A DNA stretch of 64,000 bases from Albugo candida (taxonomy: Eukaryota): contig JBDOQK010000052.1 of assembly GCA_040437565.1 (NCBI GenBank), positions 62,001 to 126,000 on the forward strand, written 5' to 3'. Positions within the stretch are counted from its first letter, which is position 1. Every line of letters begins with the position of its first letter. Positions 19,746-32,135 of the stretch are shown here, piece by piece. The translations under genes and the position numbers were made by a program. The notes beneath the pieces were generated by a model, which saw nothing but the letters and a program-made list of their open reading frames with translations, searched no databases and was not told the DNA's origin.

Positions 19746-22383
19746 ACAACCTTCCATTTGGACATCAAGTGCTCGGAAATCTTGATGAGGATGGGAGGAA
19801 AACCTTTTTGTGGCGTCGATGGAAGTACATTGAGGATCGACTCGAGATCGATGAGATACATTGTATCGTCGGCACCTAAAGCACCCAGTACATTGCGTAG
19901 ATATCCGAGATCCGCACTCAACTGGCGAGCCCCAGTCGCAGCGATGGCAGGAATTGCATGGACCATTTCCAATACACCTGCCAGAGTTGTATGCGCGATA
20001 GCTGCGGCCCACAAATCGACAAATTCCGTTACAGATTCCATGTGTGCATTTGCATGATTGAGAATGCGAAAGGCGCGATGAAAATGGTCCATTTCTTCGT
20101 CGGTGAAGCTCCACTGCTTTTGAATGGTGTGCCAGGTGTTCCGACTGATATCTACAATATCGCGTGAGGCCAGTACAATTTGTTGGAGCTCACAGCTCTG
20201 AGCAAATGGTTCAAGCTGGGGTAAGAGTGATAAAAGGATGTCGGCAATACTCGTCATGTATTCCTGCGGCAATGCACTCATTGACGGGAAATCACTTGTG
20301 GAAGCACTAGGAAGGCTCCACGTCTGACGAGAAAAGTTAGATCGTCAACAAATGTATCAATAGACAACCAACCGGATGCAAAGCAACGGGGCGAAGGATG
20401 TGGCGAATGGGATAAATGATGCTATCGAATGTCAGTCGTTGAGCAGTTAGTGTGACAGCATGAAACGCATCTTGTCCATCTGCAAAGGCCTACGAAGAAA
20501 TTGGGGAGTGAAGAATGAGCATAGGCGATACATCGTACCTCTACAGCCTCGAGCCGCTTTTGTAGGGCCGCATGGAACCGATCTTGACGCAAATAAGCTG
20601 CAGCAAACAACACGACTTGGCTCGATGTGGTCGGTGTTGACAATTGACGTTTCTCTTCTAACGAAATCAATTGCTGTTGTATTCGAATGGATATGCGTCG
20701 TTGAATTATTTGTAAGCTATATCCAATGTCTCCACAAAGTGTGAGAAGCTCCAACGCAGCATGAAACTTTGGCCAATCAAAGCTCGAGTCTTTTTGATAC
20801 GAGATCAATTCGTCGACCACATCCGCTCCTCCATAGCGACAACATTGATCTTGTGCTGCCATTCGGAAGGTACAATCTCGTTCACGTATGACCATCAACG
20901 TATCGACGAGTGACGACGACACTTGCCTAATACTCTGACAGGCTCCATCCACATAATCGGCGAATAACAGCCCGCCACTGAGGCTGTGTGTTTGCTTGGC
21001 CAGTTCCTCCAATGGATTCCATATATTTTCCAAAGAAGATTCTTTCATTGCTTCTACGAGCCCCTCAATGGTGTTGGTATTCTTCCACTCGAGCATTGTC
21101 AAGGACAACTCTTGTACGGCCGCTTTCTTGAGATACATTGCGAAATCCTGGTAAATTGGCTTAAATGGGGTAAAAACACACTCAATCACTCGTTGAAGCG
21201 GCAATTTCGAGTTAAATTCTTCATCAGTATTCGTCACATTGCTGGAAGCGAGCGGATCTGGTCGAAATAGCTGAAGCACGCTGACAGTGAAATCGCACAT
21301 TTGACCAAAGAGCCAATCAAGGTGGTCCACGCTAATTCGTTCCAATCGGTTCTGAAAGAGTTGATGGAGAGGCTGTAGTGTTTTCTCGAGCAGCAAAACC
21401 AGGACGGCATGACCCTCTTTTGTGGTATTAAACATATCGATCAGATTTGCTTGCTCTTGCGTCAACATGGCCAGGACTTGCGGGAGAAAGGAGTGTACGA
21501 TCCATTCGATCCAAATTTGCGGCTTGAAGGAATGATTGCTGACCGCAACTTCAGAAGACCAAAGTTTGTGAATAGTCGCAGAACGCGTGTCACTTAAAGT
21601 TTGCCACAAAATCGAAGTCTGCTCAATGGATTCAAAAAGCTTCTTAAAGATGCGAATTGTTTCCATTTGCGTTGAAATTGAAGGGTCCTGTAATAGGAGG
21701 GTTAATGCCGGTTGAAGTTGAAGTTGGAACTGATTACGAAATCTAAGGTAGCACATGAATTAGGTTGATATCCTAGGTTAGGGCCGTACTTACGTGGTCA
21801 AGATTGTTTGTCGCTCTGATGTGCCCGCAACTTGCTCTAAAATCTTAGCGCTTTGCTTCATGGCATGTAACCGATCGGCGATAGAGAAGAAAGGATCTGG
21901 ATTTTGTATTTGTACCGATGTGATCCCTTCTAGTGCAATTGTGACAAAATCTACGTGTTCTTCCCATTTTTTCGCTTCAGAAAGAAGTCGTTTGCATGTT
22001 TTCATACGCTTTAATGCTTCATGTAGTTGTGTTAGACACGTGAGATCCTTCGTTCTTGATTTCATTTGTGCATTTGATTCCGTATCGCTGCGATTTGCAT
22101 CAAGTTCGGAAAGGATTCGTTTCGTGTCTTTTTGCAAAAGTTGGCAATTGTTTTGTATCGTTTTAAAATGCGAATCAATGTCCGGAACAGTGATCATCAA
22201 TTGCTGCATACTTTGACGTATTGTGGTAGCAACTTCTCTGGAGAGAGCGCTTAGCGGTCCAAGGTACCTCGCTAATGCGGTTAAATCGCCGTGATGATTG
22301 ATAATGGTCTGCTCCGTCCACGCGACTACATCGAAATCAGAAGCAGCGAATTGACCCTCTTCAGTTTGTTCAGCTGGGATCAT
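19742..22383 (-). CDS. COG7: Conserved oligomeric Golgi complex subunit 7 (multi-exon)
   Basis: N-terminal FAASDFDVVAW and C-terminal LPQEYMTSIADILLSLLPQLEPF and GARQLSADLGYLRNVLGALG match COG7 signature segments; three long ORFs are separated by short introns. Confidence 0.85.
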
Positions 22384-22529
22384 CGTACTTTATGACAATT
22401 GTGCGGTGCTTTCATCTACTATTGCTATTGATTGGTTTAAATGATGTTCGATACTTTGGATTCGAATGATTACAATCTCGGAAGGTTCGTTACAATTTAA
22501 TACAGCCGTTTGGAGCCGCCCTAGCGAAA

Positions 22530-25500
22530 ATGGGGAATACTACTTGCAGAGTTAAGGAAAAGGACTCGAAACAATCAAATTTTCGTCCACTTTCTCCGGA
22601 TCAGCGTGCGGCAACCTTTGATGAGCGTCGTCATTTACCAGCTTGTTCTTCTCCGAGTCGACGACCATTCAATCAACCTACATTTCTTTCTTCCGGGGAT
22701 CCAACACAAATCGACCGTACTTATGCACGTACCCACTCCAACTCATCTGATTTTCGCCCATTGCAGCGCGCAGCAACGTATGATCCTCGTTTACGCGCTC
22801 AAAAAGGATCGCTTACCGTTTCGGACGTCATGTATCGTCGGTATTTCAATGTACAAGAACAGCGCACTCAATACCCGGATCCCAAATATAGCGTGTCCAC
22901 CACCAATCCAGTCTTTCATCCTACATCATGTGGTCCACACCAACCCGTACAAGACCTCACAAAACCTTTGCCCCGAAATGCTGTTGTTATTATCGATCCA
23001 TTTTCCACCGGCCAAACGCTGGCGGAAAAGGTTCTTTTGCGAGAGTATGCGTGCATCTGCGTGTACTCGGACACACTCACTGTTATGCAGGCACTCATTC
23101 AGTACATTCCTCACAGTCTGAAAGAGCAATTCCTCGCGACAATCGTCCATGATCCTCAGGCCTTTGCTCAGGAAGAGCGTGATGACTCGCAAGCACTCCT
23201 CCAGACCGTCAACGCCCTTCAAGCCATCCCTGGAGTATGTATACGTGGTGTTTTGGCAGGAGCAGAGACCGGTGTGATGCTGGCAGACGCTCTTTCTGAG
23301 CATTTTCGGCTTCGAACGAATGGGACGAAAGGTTCTTTGGCTCGACGGAATAAGTATTTGATGGGCGAGAAAGTTCGAAAAGCAGGTTTACGAGCGATCA
23401 AACAGCAATCCGTGACGAAATGGAGTGAGATTCAGACGTTTTTACACGATAGGATGCACGTTTCGTCGGCGAAATCGTTCCCGAAAGTTATTGTGAAACC
23501 GGTACAAAGCGCTGGAAGCGATGATGTGATGCTGTGTACGACATTGGATCAAGTTCGACAAGCATTTGGCAACATCCAAGGCAAAATCAATAGCTTAGGC
23601 CTCGTGAATTCTTCCACTTTGGTGCAAGAGTTTGTGGAAGGAACCGAATATGTGGTGGATACCGTGAGTCGAGATGGAAAGCACAAGGTTGTAGCGGTAT
23701 GGGAATACGACAAACGTCACGTGAACAATGCTCCATTCGTATATTTTGGCGTCAAACTGCATCAGGTCGAAGGCGATGAAGCCGTCTCACGCATGATCAC
23801 GTACATTCTCGACGTTCTGGACGCGTTAGAGATTCGGAATGGACCTGCTCATGCTGAATTGAAAATGTCAGACTCCCAACCATGCTTGATTGAGATTGGA
23901 GCACGATGTCACGGTGGTGGAGGTACATATCTTCCCATGGTAGATCGCTGTATCGGGTACAATCAAGTCGAGTGCACTTTGGACGCATATTTCGACGCCG
24001 AGGCGTTTGAGGCGCTTCCACAACGGGTACACATATTCTCATCGTTTTGATTTATATCTGACTTTCTCTATAGCCTCCACGACTGTGTGCTCATGGATGT
24101 GAAGCTGTTCTCGTGTCGTATCAGGAAGGAATCTTAGACGGGTTTCCTGGGCTTTCAGAGATTCGCAGTATGCCTTCGTACATGTCGGAATCGCTCCATA
24201 TGAAGATCGGTGACACTCTACCGCTCACAATCGATATGTTTACGAGTCCGGGAAGCATTCTTATGGTTCATGACGATCAAAGCGTTTTGGAGATCAATTA
24301 CGCTCGTATCCGTGAATTAGAGCACGAAGGCTTATATTCGTGTCGTTCTGTAGCGAAAAAAGAACCCGATTCAAGGAAGACGGTCGTCGTCGTGGATCCT
24401 TTTTCCACTGGCGCTGTTGTGGCACATCAGCTCATGAAGCGAGGATACGACTGTATTTGCGTGTACAGCGATCGACTGGAGAATATCGAGCATGTTGCGA
24501 GTTTGATTCCCGAAGGATTGACACTTTCATTCACAGCCACGATCCCGTACGAAGGAGATATCAACGCTCTTGTCTCGGCGATTCAGAGTGCGGCAATTGG
24601 CTCAGGAAGCTGTCAAGGTCGTATTGACGCTGTGTTACCGGGCGCGGAACTCGGTGTTTTATTAGCGGATGCGATCACAGAAGCATTGGGACTCAAAGGA
24701 AATCGTATGGAGCATTCACCTGCACGTCGTGATAAGTATTTGATGGGCGAAACATTACGTAACGCTGGCATTCGATCAGTGAAACAAGTAAAAGCGGAAA
24801 CCTGGAGTCAAGCGGAAGCGTTTATTCGTAACGAATTCGGAACAGAGCCATTCGAAGTCGTATTAAAGCCATTGGAAAGCGCCGGAACCGAAGATGTGAT
24901 TCTCTGCTGCTCCATGGAACAAGCACAAAAGACGTTTACGAGCATTCTCGGCAAGATAAATGGCTTGGGAATTGAGAATCGCGCTGTTTTAGTGCAGGAA
25001 TATCTCCAAGGGAATGAGTATGTGGTCGATACAGTGAGTCGTGATGGTTTCCACAAAGTCACAGCGATTTGGAAATACGATAAACGACGTGTCAATGACG
25101 CTGCCTTTGTGTACTTCAGCTTATCTCTGGTCCCCGCCACAGGCTGCGTCAACGATCTCATCGACTACATGTTTCAAGTGCTTGGTTCGTGATTCGCGAA
25201 CGCATGGAATCCATCTGATTTGCGTCGTGTAGATGCCCTTGGAATACAGAATGGACCAGCACATGGAGAAGTGAAATTCTGTCGGGAAGCGCCAGTACTT
25301 ATCGAAGTAGGCGCACGGTGTCATGGAGGAGAAGGAGCGTGGATTCCCATCGCGAATCAATGTGTCGGATACAACCAAGTCGATGTGACAATCGATGCAT
25401 TCCTCGATATTGAAGCCTTCCGCAAGCTCCCTGATCGCGTACGTGGCATTCGATTCGTATAATGCGATTGTGATGAAATGCGATTGTTGTAGCCATACGA

Positions 25501-25774
25501 AATGCTTCGATACGGATGTGAAGTGATGTTAGTGTCGTATCAAAGTGGAATTCTCGAAGAGATGCCTGGAATCGCTCAAGTCGAAGCACTTCCATCGTTT
25601 CTCCAGAAAGAGATTTTCGTATCGCCTGGCGATCGATTGTATCGTACGATCGATATGTTTACGACTCCAGGAAGCTTTATGCTGTCACATTCGGATTTAC
25701 CGACGCTGGAAGCGAATGTCGCGCGAATTCGCGAGTTGGAGCATGAAGGAATGTATCGCCTTAAGCAAGAGTGA
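22530..25774 (+). CDS. Tandem (two-module) ATP-grasp ligase, DdaF/NikS-like L-amino-acid/peptide ligase family
   Basis: Two full repeats of V(I/V)DPFSTG, GAE(T/L)GV, ARR(N/D)KYLMGE, KP(V/L)xSAG, QE(F/Y)xxGxEYVVDTVSRDG, GPAH(A/G)E and LIE(I/V)GARCHGG. Introns at 24027-24073, 25185-25232 and 25439-25492 restore the frame. Confidence 0.88.
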
Positions 25775-25840
25775 GCGTCAAGTCGGAGCATCGAATGTAT
25801 TCCCTTTGAATAAAAGGCGATTCCTTCCCGAAATGCGGCC

Positions 25841-28685
25841 TCATTTCTTCTTCACAGATCGAGTCTTTTGGCTTTGGCTGATTTTTGCATCTGCAAGTGC
25901 TTCTGCTTCCTTTCGTATGCGTTCGCGAGTTTGTATGAGACCTGTGATCTCTCCGGTGAATTTCCGAAAAAGCTCATTTTCGACTGCAAACGTGGCGGGT
26001 TCTCGAGACAATGGAGCGAGGAATTCTTTATCACAAAGTGGTCGTTTGTCAAGGAGAGTGAGTCTTCGAGACGTAAGTGTCGCTTTGACGGCCCGAAGGA
26101 TACTCCCCGAAGCGTATCCGCTGGAAACGTATGCCAATGTACTGAAATCGACCAAGTCGAAACACCGCAAAGGGAGACATTCCGAGTCAACGTCCCGAGA
26201 AGCCTTCAATTCCTTCAGTACGAATCGTTTCCAGAGCGTCAGACGAGCGGCGTAATCGGGATACGATAAATGCAAATGCTTATCGAAAAAGAGTTTCCAG
26301 TCTTTCGTGTCTGCTTGGAACGGCTGATTCGATGCTCCGATGAGAAGAACGCGATCCTCAGGCGTTAATGCGGCTTTCAAATACGTCTGCAAGTCTTTAC
26401 GGAAGCGTGTGGCGTCATTCGATCGTTGAGACTTTTTACCATTGGAACCCAAAAACTGCTCGAAATGGTTGATGTAAATGATAACCGGCTGGAAGCTTGG
26501 CTCTTTCGCAAGCGAGAACACCATATGCATCAGCTTGGTAGGTCCTGTCTTTCCAGTGAACGCGTCGAGGTACGTTGGCGAGATATTCAGTATCAAAGCT
26601 CCTGTTTCGGCGGCAATGATACGAACCATTTTGGTCTTTCCGCATCCTTTAGGGCCGTACAAGAGAATCGAGCGAATGAACGGCGTCTTGGATCGGATGA
26701 CAGAAGACACAAGCGGGAAAATCGCGTATTCAGTGACATTTTGACGTATTTGTGCTGCGGAAGGCTCCTGAGGCACCCAATTACCAAATGGATCGCGAAC
26801 GTCAGAGCGTTCATAAAGACTTCCCAAATGATTAAAACTTCCAATGAATTCAGTTATTCGAATTGGCTGTGGCATTTGAATGATGGAATGCTCGATCAAA
26901 GTGCTGAGGAAATAGTCGGATGATCGGCCTTTGAGTTCGCTGAGTTTCTCACCGGGCAATGGTTTTGTTTTATGCTTTTTAATCGTTCGTTTGGATTTGG
27001 AAACGCCTTTGGATTTACTTTTTACTTTTTTGGATTTTCGACCGGCGTTTTCCAATTGCATTTGAATGTTTGCGAGTTGAAGTGTAAGCATTTCATCGAC
27101 TTGTTGTCTCACTTGTACTTCCACAGGCACACGAACAACGTCTTTGGCTAATTGGAGATCGTATTTTTGAGCGAAATTATCATTTGGATCGCGAGCGAGC
27201 CATACTTTCTCATACATATCGACAGCCGATGCGAATCGATCGCATATTTCCGATGGAGCCGTTAGAGGCGGCTTTTCTATTTCCATCGGTTCAGCCTCAA
27301 GAGCGGCGTTTGTTTTTGTCTTTGGAGGTGCTTTCTGGCTTTTCGATGACGCTTTAGCGCTTTTTTTTTCTTTGGGTGGTGCGATCAAAGGCGGAAGTTC
27401 CGTTGACGGAATGGCATAGAATTCCGTCATATCGAGTGGCAGTTCTCCTTGCGCCATTCGATCGGCTATCCATTGCCGACGTTGTTCCAGGAGCTTCTCC
27501 TTCATGAAAGGCCCTTCTTCGGCCAAGACGACTTTATGGAGATGTTGAAGAGCAGAGATGTACTCTTCCTTGTTGTATTGTTGCTGATTCGCCCGCTGGA
27601 TCGTGTGGACGAAAAGTGATTTCTCTAAAAGCGCATGTGGATGGGTGGCGGGGGCTTTCATTCCGAGAAAAATGAGCTCTTTCTCACGTTCCAGGCAAGT
27701 TTCGCGACGTACTCTCCATCCTCGAAATACACGCTGAATGGAATTAGCAGCAAAGTCGGGATCCATGTCGACAAGTGGATTCATTTCGCGCGATTGGAGA
27801 AGATATTCTTCGTGTCGGAGCTCTTGGACAAGTAGACCTCTCACACGACCTTGCCGTCCACGCTCATTTCGCTGTAGGATCGCAATAGCTTCCTCCATGG
27901 TCATCTGGGAATCCATTGTGGTAAGCGAGTGAGGAAGCGAACCTTGGAGCACGTACCGCTTCATGAGCCTTTGGAAAGGTTTCCGAGTCGCATGGAAGGA
28001 AAATAGTATCGACGCCGTGTTTGAGCTTTACAAAGCTTTGGACGAGCTATTTTCGTGGATTGAGAGAAAGAGGAGACAATTCCGATCCGACGTACCCGAT
28101 CGCGCTGTTGTATGGTGTCCAAATGCTCCTCTGCAAAACACTTGGCAATTGGTATTTCTAAGGCTTCCGGAGGTAATTTGAGATCGACAAGTACAGCATC
28201 CAAATTGATATATTCCCATGGAAAGCTTTTCTCTATAGGTGTGGATCGTACGTCGGGATGAGGAGGATGCCATTTGACGAGCAGATGTTTGAGCTCAATG
28301 ATTCGAATGACAACAAGCTGTAAAATCTGTTGGACATCGATGCGTTTCTGAGTATGTGTCATTTGATCGTAACATTGTGAGAGTTTGATGAGAATTTGAA
28401 TGTATTTAACGTATAAATAGGCGTAATGGTGGAAGGCTTTGGTGATGGACACTTGCTGCAGAGGAATGGGTGTGAGATGAGATGAAGATAGTGAGGTTGG
28501 AAGAGGGTACAGTGTCTGGAGACGACTCGGAGAGAGAGAGATTGGAACGGAATTGGGGATTCTCAATGTGAATTTGCTCATTGAGATCGATCATTGCTTC
28601 CTGCCATCGAACATCATACGTTCTGAAGAAAACGTGTGAGATGAAGAAGAGGGAAATAGAGTGAGAATTCGTACCGATTTGACAT
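25841..28685 (-). CDS. IQCA1: IQ and AAA domain protein IQCA1 / dynein regulatory complex subunit DRC11 (multi-exon)
   Basis: Start MSNR/TYDVRWQEAM, then LYVKYIQILIKLSQCYDQMTHTQKR, IQ motif AANSIQRVFRGWRVRR and AAA motif ILLYGPKGCGKT. The 5' exons recur at 28894-29298 across a gap, which is an assembly overlap. Confidence 0.88.
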
Positions 28686-29937
28686 TTGGAGCACAAGTCG
28701 CAATGACCTTTGAAGATCGTGTGGATGAGTAGAATGTTGCACGAAGGTAGAATAGTGTTGTTGGAATGTGGATATGATAATGTTACGTGAATGNNNNNNN
28801 NNNNNNNNNNNNNNNNNNNNNNNNNNNNNNNNNNNNNNNNNNNNNNNNNNNNNNNNNNNNNNNNNNNNNNNNNNNNNNNNNNNNNNNNNNNNNTGAGAAT
28901 TTGAATGTATTTAACGTATAAATAGGCGTAATGGTGGAAGGCTTTGGTGATGGACACTTGCTGCAGAGGAATGGGTGTGAGATGAGATGAAGATAGTGAG
29001 GTTGGAAGAGGGTACAGTGTCTGGAGACGACTCGGAGAGAGAGAGATTGGAACGGAATTGGGGATTCTCAATGTGAATTTGCTCATTGAGATCGATCATT
29101 GCTTCCTGCCATCGAACATCATACGTTCTGAAGAAAACGTGTGAGATGAAGAAGAGGGAAATAGAGTGAGAATTCGTACCGATTTGACATTTGGAGCACA
29201 AGTCGCAATGACCTTTGAAGATCGTGTGGATGAGTAGAATGTTGCACGAAGGTAGAATAGTGTTGTTGGAATGTGGATATGATAATGTTACGTGAATGTA
29301 AACGTGATAGGGTTGTATGTTGAAGATGTCGTATGAAGGTATTCTGGTACAGCTACTCTATGGGTATTGTTCTCTTAAAGTGGTACTAATGTGGTAAGGT
29401 GTACCCACCCTCTTACTTCTTATGATCATAAAGCGAGGATATAAGAAAAGAATGTCNNNNNNNNNNNNNNNNNNNNNNNNNNNNNNNNNNNNNNNNNNNN
29501 NNNNNNNNNNNNNNNNNNNNNNNNNNNNNNNNNNNNNNNNNNNNNNNNNNNNNNNNCCCTCTTACTTCTTATGATCATAAAGCGAGGATATAAGAAAAGA
29601 ATGTCAGAGACTATGTCACGCCCTCAACCATCATTCTCTCAGATTGACCGTGAGTAATCATGTGAGTAGCTGTATACGAATAGAGAGGTCTTTGTCCTCT
29701 GAATTTGAAAGCTGTACACATTTTCTCTCCCTCTAGCTGCCTCTTCCTTTGCAGAAAAATACGATAGAGCGAGTGGTATACAAATACCAAGTATAAGCAC
29801 AATAAAGACGGTACGGATGTCACGGTACAGAATTTGATGTCTGGAGCAACAAAACTTACTAAATATTCACAACAACATTCACCGAACGTGCGTCAAACAA
29901 TTCCACTCAAAGGACCACCGCATTATTTCAGTACAAC

Positions 29938-31557
29938 ATGCTTTCCAATGAGAGTCGATTCACACGACGTCTTCGCGTCATCACTGAGCCAAAACACAGC
30001 AATCGGATGCATCGAACACGCACACTGAGTGAGTTGATTTTACTTTCGCCACGAAGTAGTTTACGCATCAACCCCCGTTTGAAACGGTTCGACATGGACA
30101 TTGAAGTGAGTCAAACTTTTGCACAACGTGAGGGAAGTATGAATCTTATTGAGGCACCATACACATTACCCGATTCTCAAGCATCCATTGGCTGTATTAT
30201 CCAACCACAATCTGAATCATCGAATCAAATTCTCGAATCCGACAGTCAACTCGAGACTCCCACTCCCGATCCTCATGCAAGAGTGTCAGAGGTCGTCAAT
30301 GTTCTGTTTGAGATACATTCTGCCCTTAAATTACGCAATCGGAGGCAACGAACCGCTGCGTCCGCTTTGGCTGCTACCAATATGGTCTCCATGCCTCTTT
30401 TACCGGAAGAAGCAATCCCTCGCGATGAACAGATGGAGTCGATTGAAAACACACGCAAGATGCTCGAGTGTGCAATCTGTCAGGAGGTGTTTACTGGTGC
30501 TACAGAAGCGACTTGTTGTGGTCAGATATTCTGTAAAGAATGTATTGAACGGTGGGTCAGTGAACGAGGCTCTTGTCCAATGTGTCGGGAAAATATTGGA
30601 TTCTCCTTACTGAGTGCATCGAGACACACTCAGCGAATGGCCAATGAAATGAAAGTAGCTTGTCCGTATTGTGCAAAGGTTTTCAAGAAAGCTGAGCTCA
30701 CAGAGCACGTGAATGAGTGTGAGATGGCGCCTGTCGAACCACCTCCACCGATGGACGTAGCGCTTCGAAGTATGCTTTTAGCTACTGCTCGATTGAGTAC
30801 TTTCAATCTGGGACGATTTCTACTTGCACCTTCGGCTCCCGAGTCGATGGTCACACAATGCTATATTCGGACTCATGGTGGTGGCACGTATGAACTGTTC
30901 ACACAAGATACCAACACGCTTTTGTGCACAGCGATTCGTCGACGACAATATGATATGTCAGTGAATTTCTCGATTTATCTTGGAAATTGTATAGAACCAC
31001 ATCAAAGTACGTCGCCTGTGCAAATTGCTCGTCTTGAGAAAAATTATATGGGATCTCAGTATATAATGTTTTCAATGGCGGGAACACAATCAGAAGAGAT
31101 TGGAGCAGTACAATATGCAGCCACATTTGGTAAAAGCCCACGACAAATGCGTGTGGCTTTACCATGTGTCCGACCTGTGGATGCGTCCGAAGAGCTTATG
31201 GATGGTGTTCCAGCATGGGAATTACAGCCGTGGCAAGCTGCGCACAAAGACGACAGTATTTTGGCACATGTAGAGCAGCCAAATCCATCGCGAGCGATTG
31301 GAATGATCAACAAACCGCCCGTTTGGATCGAGTCGTTGGAAGCTTATTGTTTAGATTTTGGAGGTCGTGTGGCTGCCGCTTCCGTGAAGAACTTTTTACT
31401 TTCGCATCCAAACGACATGGAGAAAACATTGATGCTTTTTGGACGAACTCAGGATCGACAGGTGTACTCGATGGATTATAGTCATCCGTTCTCACCTGTA
31501 CAAGCATTTGCGATCGCATTAAGTAGCATGGATTCCCATTTGGTGACATTTGACTGA
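29938..31557 (+). CDS. RING finger + zinc finger + Tubby C-terminal domain protein
   Basis: RING-type CAICQEVF...CCGQIFCKECI...CPMCR, second zinc finger CPYC...HVNEC, and Tubby NKPPVW...YCLDFGGRVAAASVKNF...FGR...DYSHPFSPVQAFAIALSS. Confidence 0.9.
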   Translation: MLSNESRFTRRLRVITEPKHSNRMHRTRTLSELILLSPRSSLRINPRLKRFDMDIEVSQTFAQREGSMNLIEAPYTLPDSQASIGCIIQPQSESSNQILESDSQLETPTPDPHARVSEVVNVLFEIHSALKLRNRRQRTAASALAATNMVSMPLLPEEAIPRDEQMESIENTRKMLECAICQEVFTGATEATCCGQIFCKECIERWVSERGSCPMCRENIGFSLLSASRHTQRMANEMKVACPYCAKVFKKAELTEHVNECEMAPVEPPPPMDVALRSMLLATARLSTFNLGRFLLAPSAPESMVTQCYIRTHGGGTYELFTQDTNTLLCTAIRRRQYDMSVNFSIYLGNCIEPHQSTSPVQIARLEKNYMGSQYIMFSMAGTQSEEIGAVQYAATFGKSPRQMRVALPCVRPVDASEELMDGVPAWELQPWQAAHKDDSILAHVEQPNPSRAIGMINKPPVWIESLEAYCLDFGGRVAAASVKNFLLSHPNDMEKTLMLFGRTQDRQVYSMDYSHPFSPVQAFAIALSSMDSHLVTFD

Positions 31558-31838
31558 TTGGATTGGATGATATGAGAGTATAGAGTATAGAAGGAGTATA
31601 CATATGAGAGAGTATAATTTGTTACAGTACATATAGGGATCCCGCCCTTGCAATTGAAGAATGCATGTTCAATTCTAATTAAATGAATTTCGCGCTGCCA
31701 CATGACGATTTCGGCCAAACCTTTACTCTCATCACACTTTGCCAGTGAATAGTCTCTGGACTGTATTCTCGCCTATCCTCTACCATTCAGTGATTGCGAT
31801 TGCTTGATTGATAATGTGGCGGCTGCCTCCACGCTGGA

Positions 31839-32035
31839 GCGTAAGTCCTGAGGGAGCATGTCCTCTTCAAAATCGTTCCCATGCTCAATCCTGACGGCGT
31901 CATTCTTGGAAACTCGCGTGTGGGGCTTGCGGGCTGGGACCTCAATCGGAAATGGGCGAATCCGATCGAGCGTTTATTTCCGACGATATTTCATCTGAAG
32001 AAGTTGATCGCATCGTATCAGGCACAAGGACGCGT
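31839..32035 (+). pseudogene. Fragment of cytosolic carboxypeptidase (CCP/AGBL, M14 family)
   Basis: [38 protein letters not shown]...FPTIFHLK has an in-frame TAA at 31842, no recognisable upstream exons, and is cut by a gap. Confidence 0.75.
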
Positions 32036-32135
32036 NNNNNNNNNNNNNNNNNNNNNNNNNNNNNNNNNNNNNNNNNNNNNNNNNNNNNNNNNNNNNNNNN
32101 NNNNNNNNNNNNNNNNNNNNNNNNNNNNNNNNNNN

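Noticed and set aside
28379-29298. Second set of IQCA1 5' exons
   Set aside because: Exact copy across an N gap. The same applies to repeats at about 17577-17736, 29407-29606, 36630-37015, 39668-39947 and 47596-47969.
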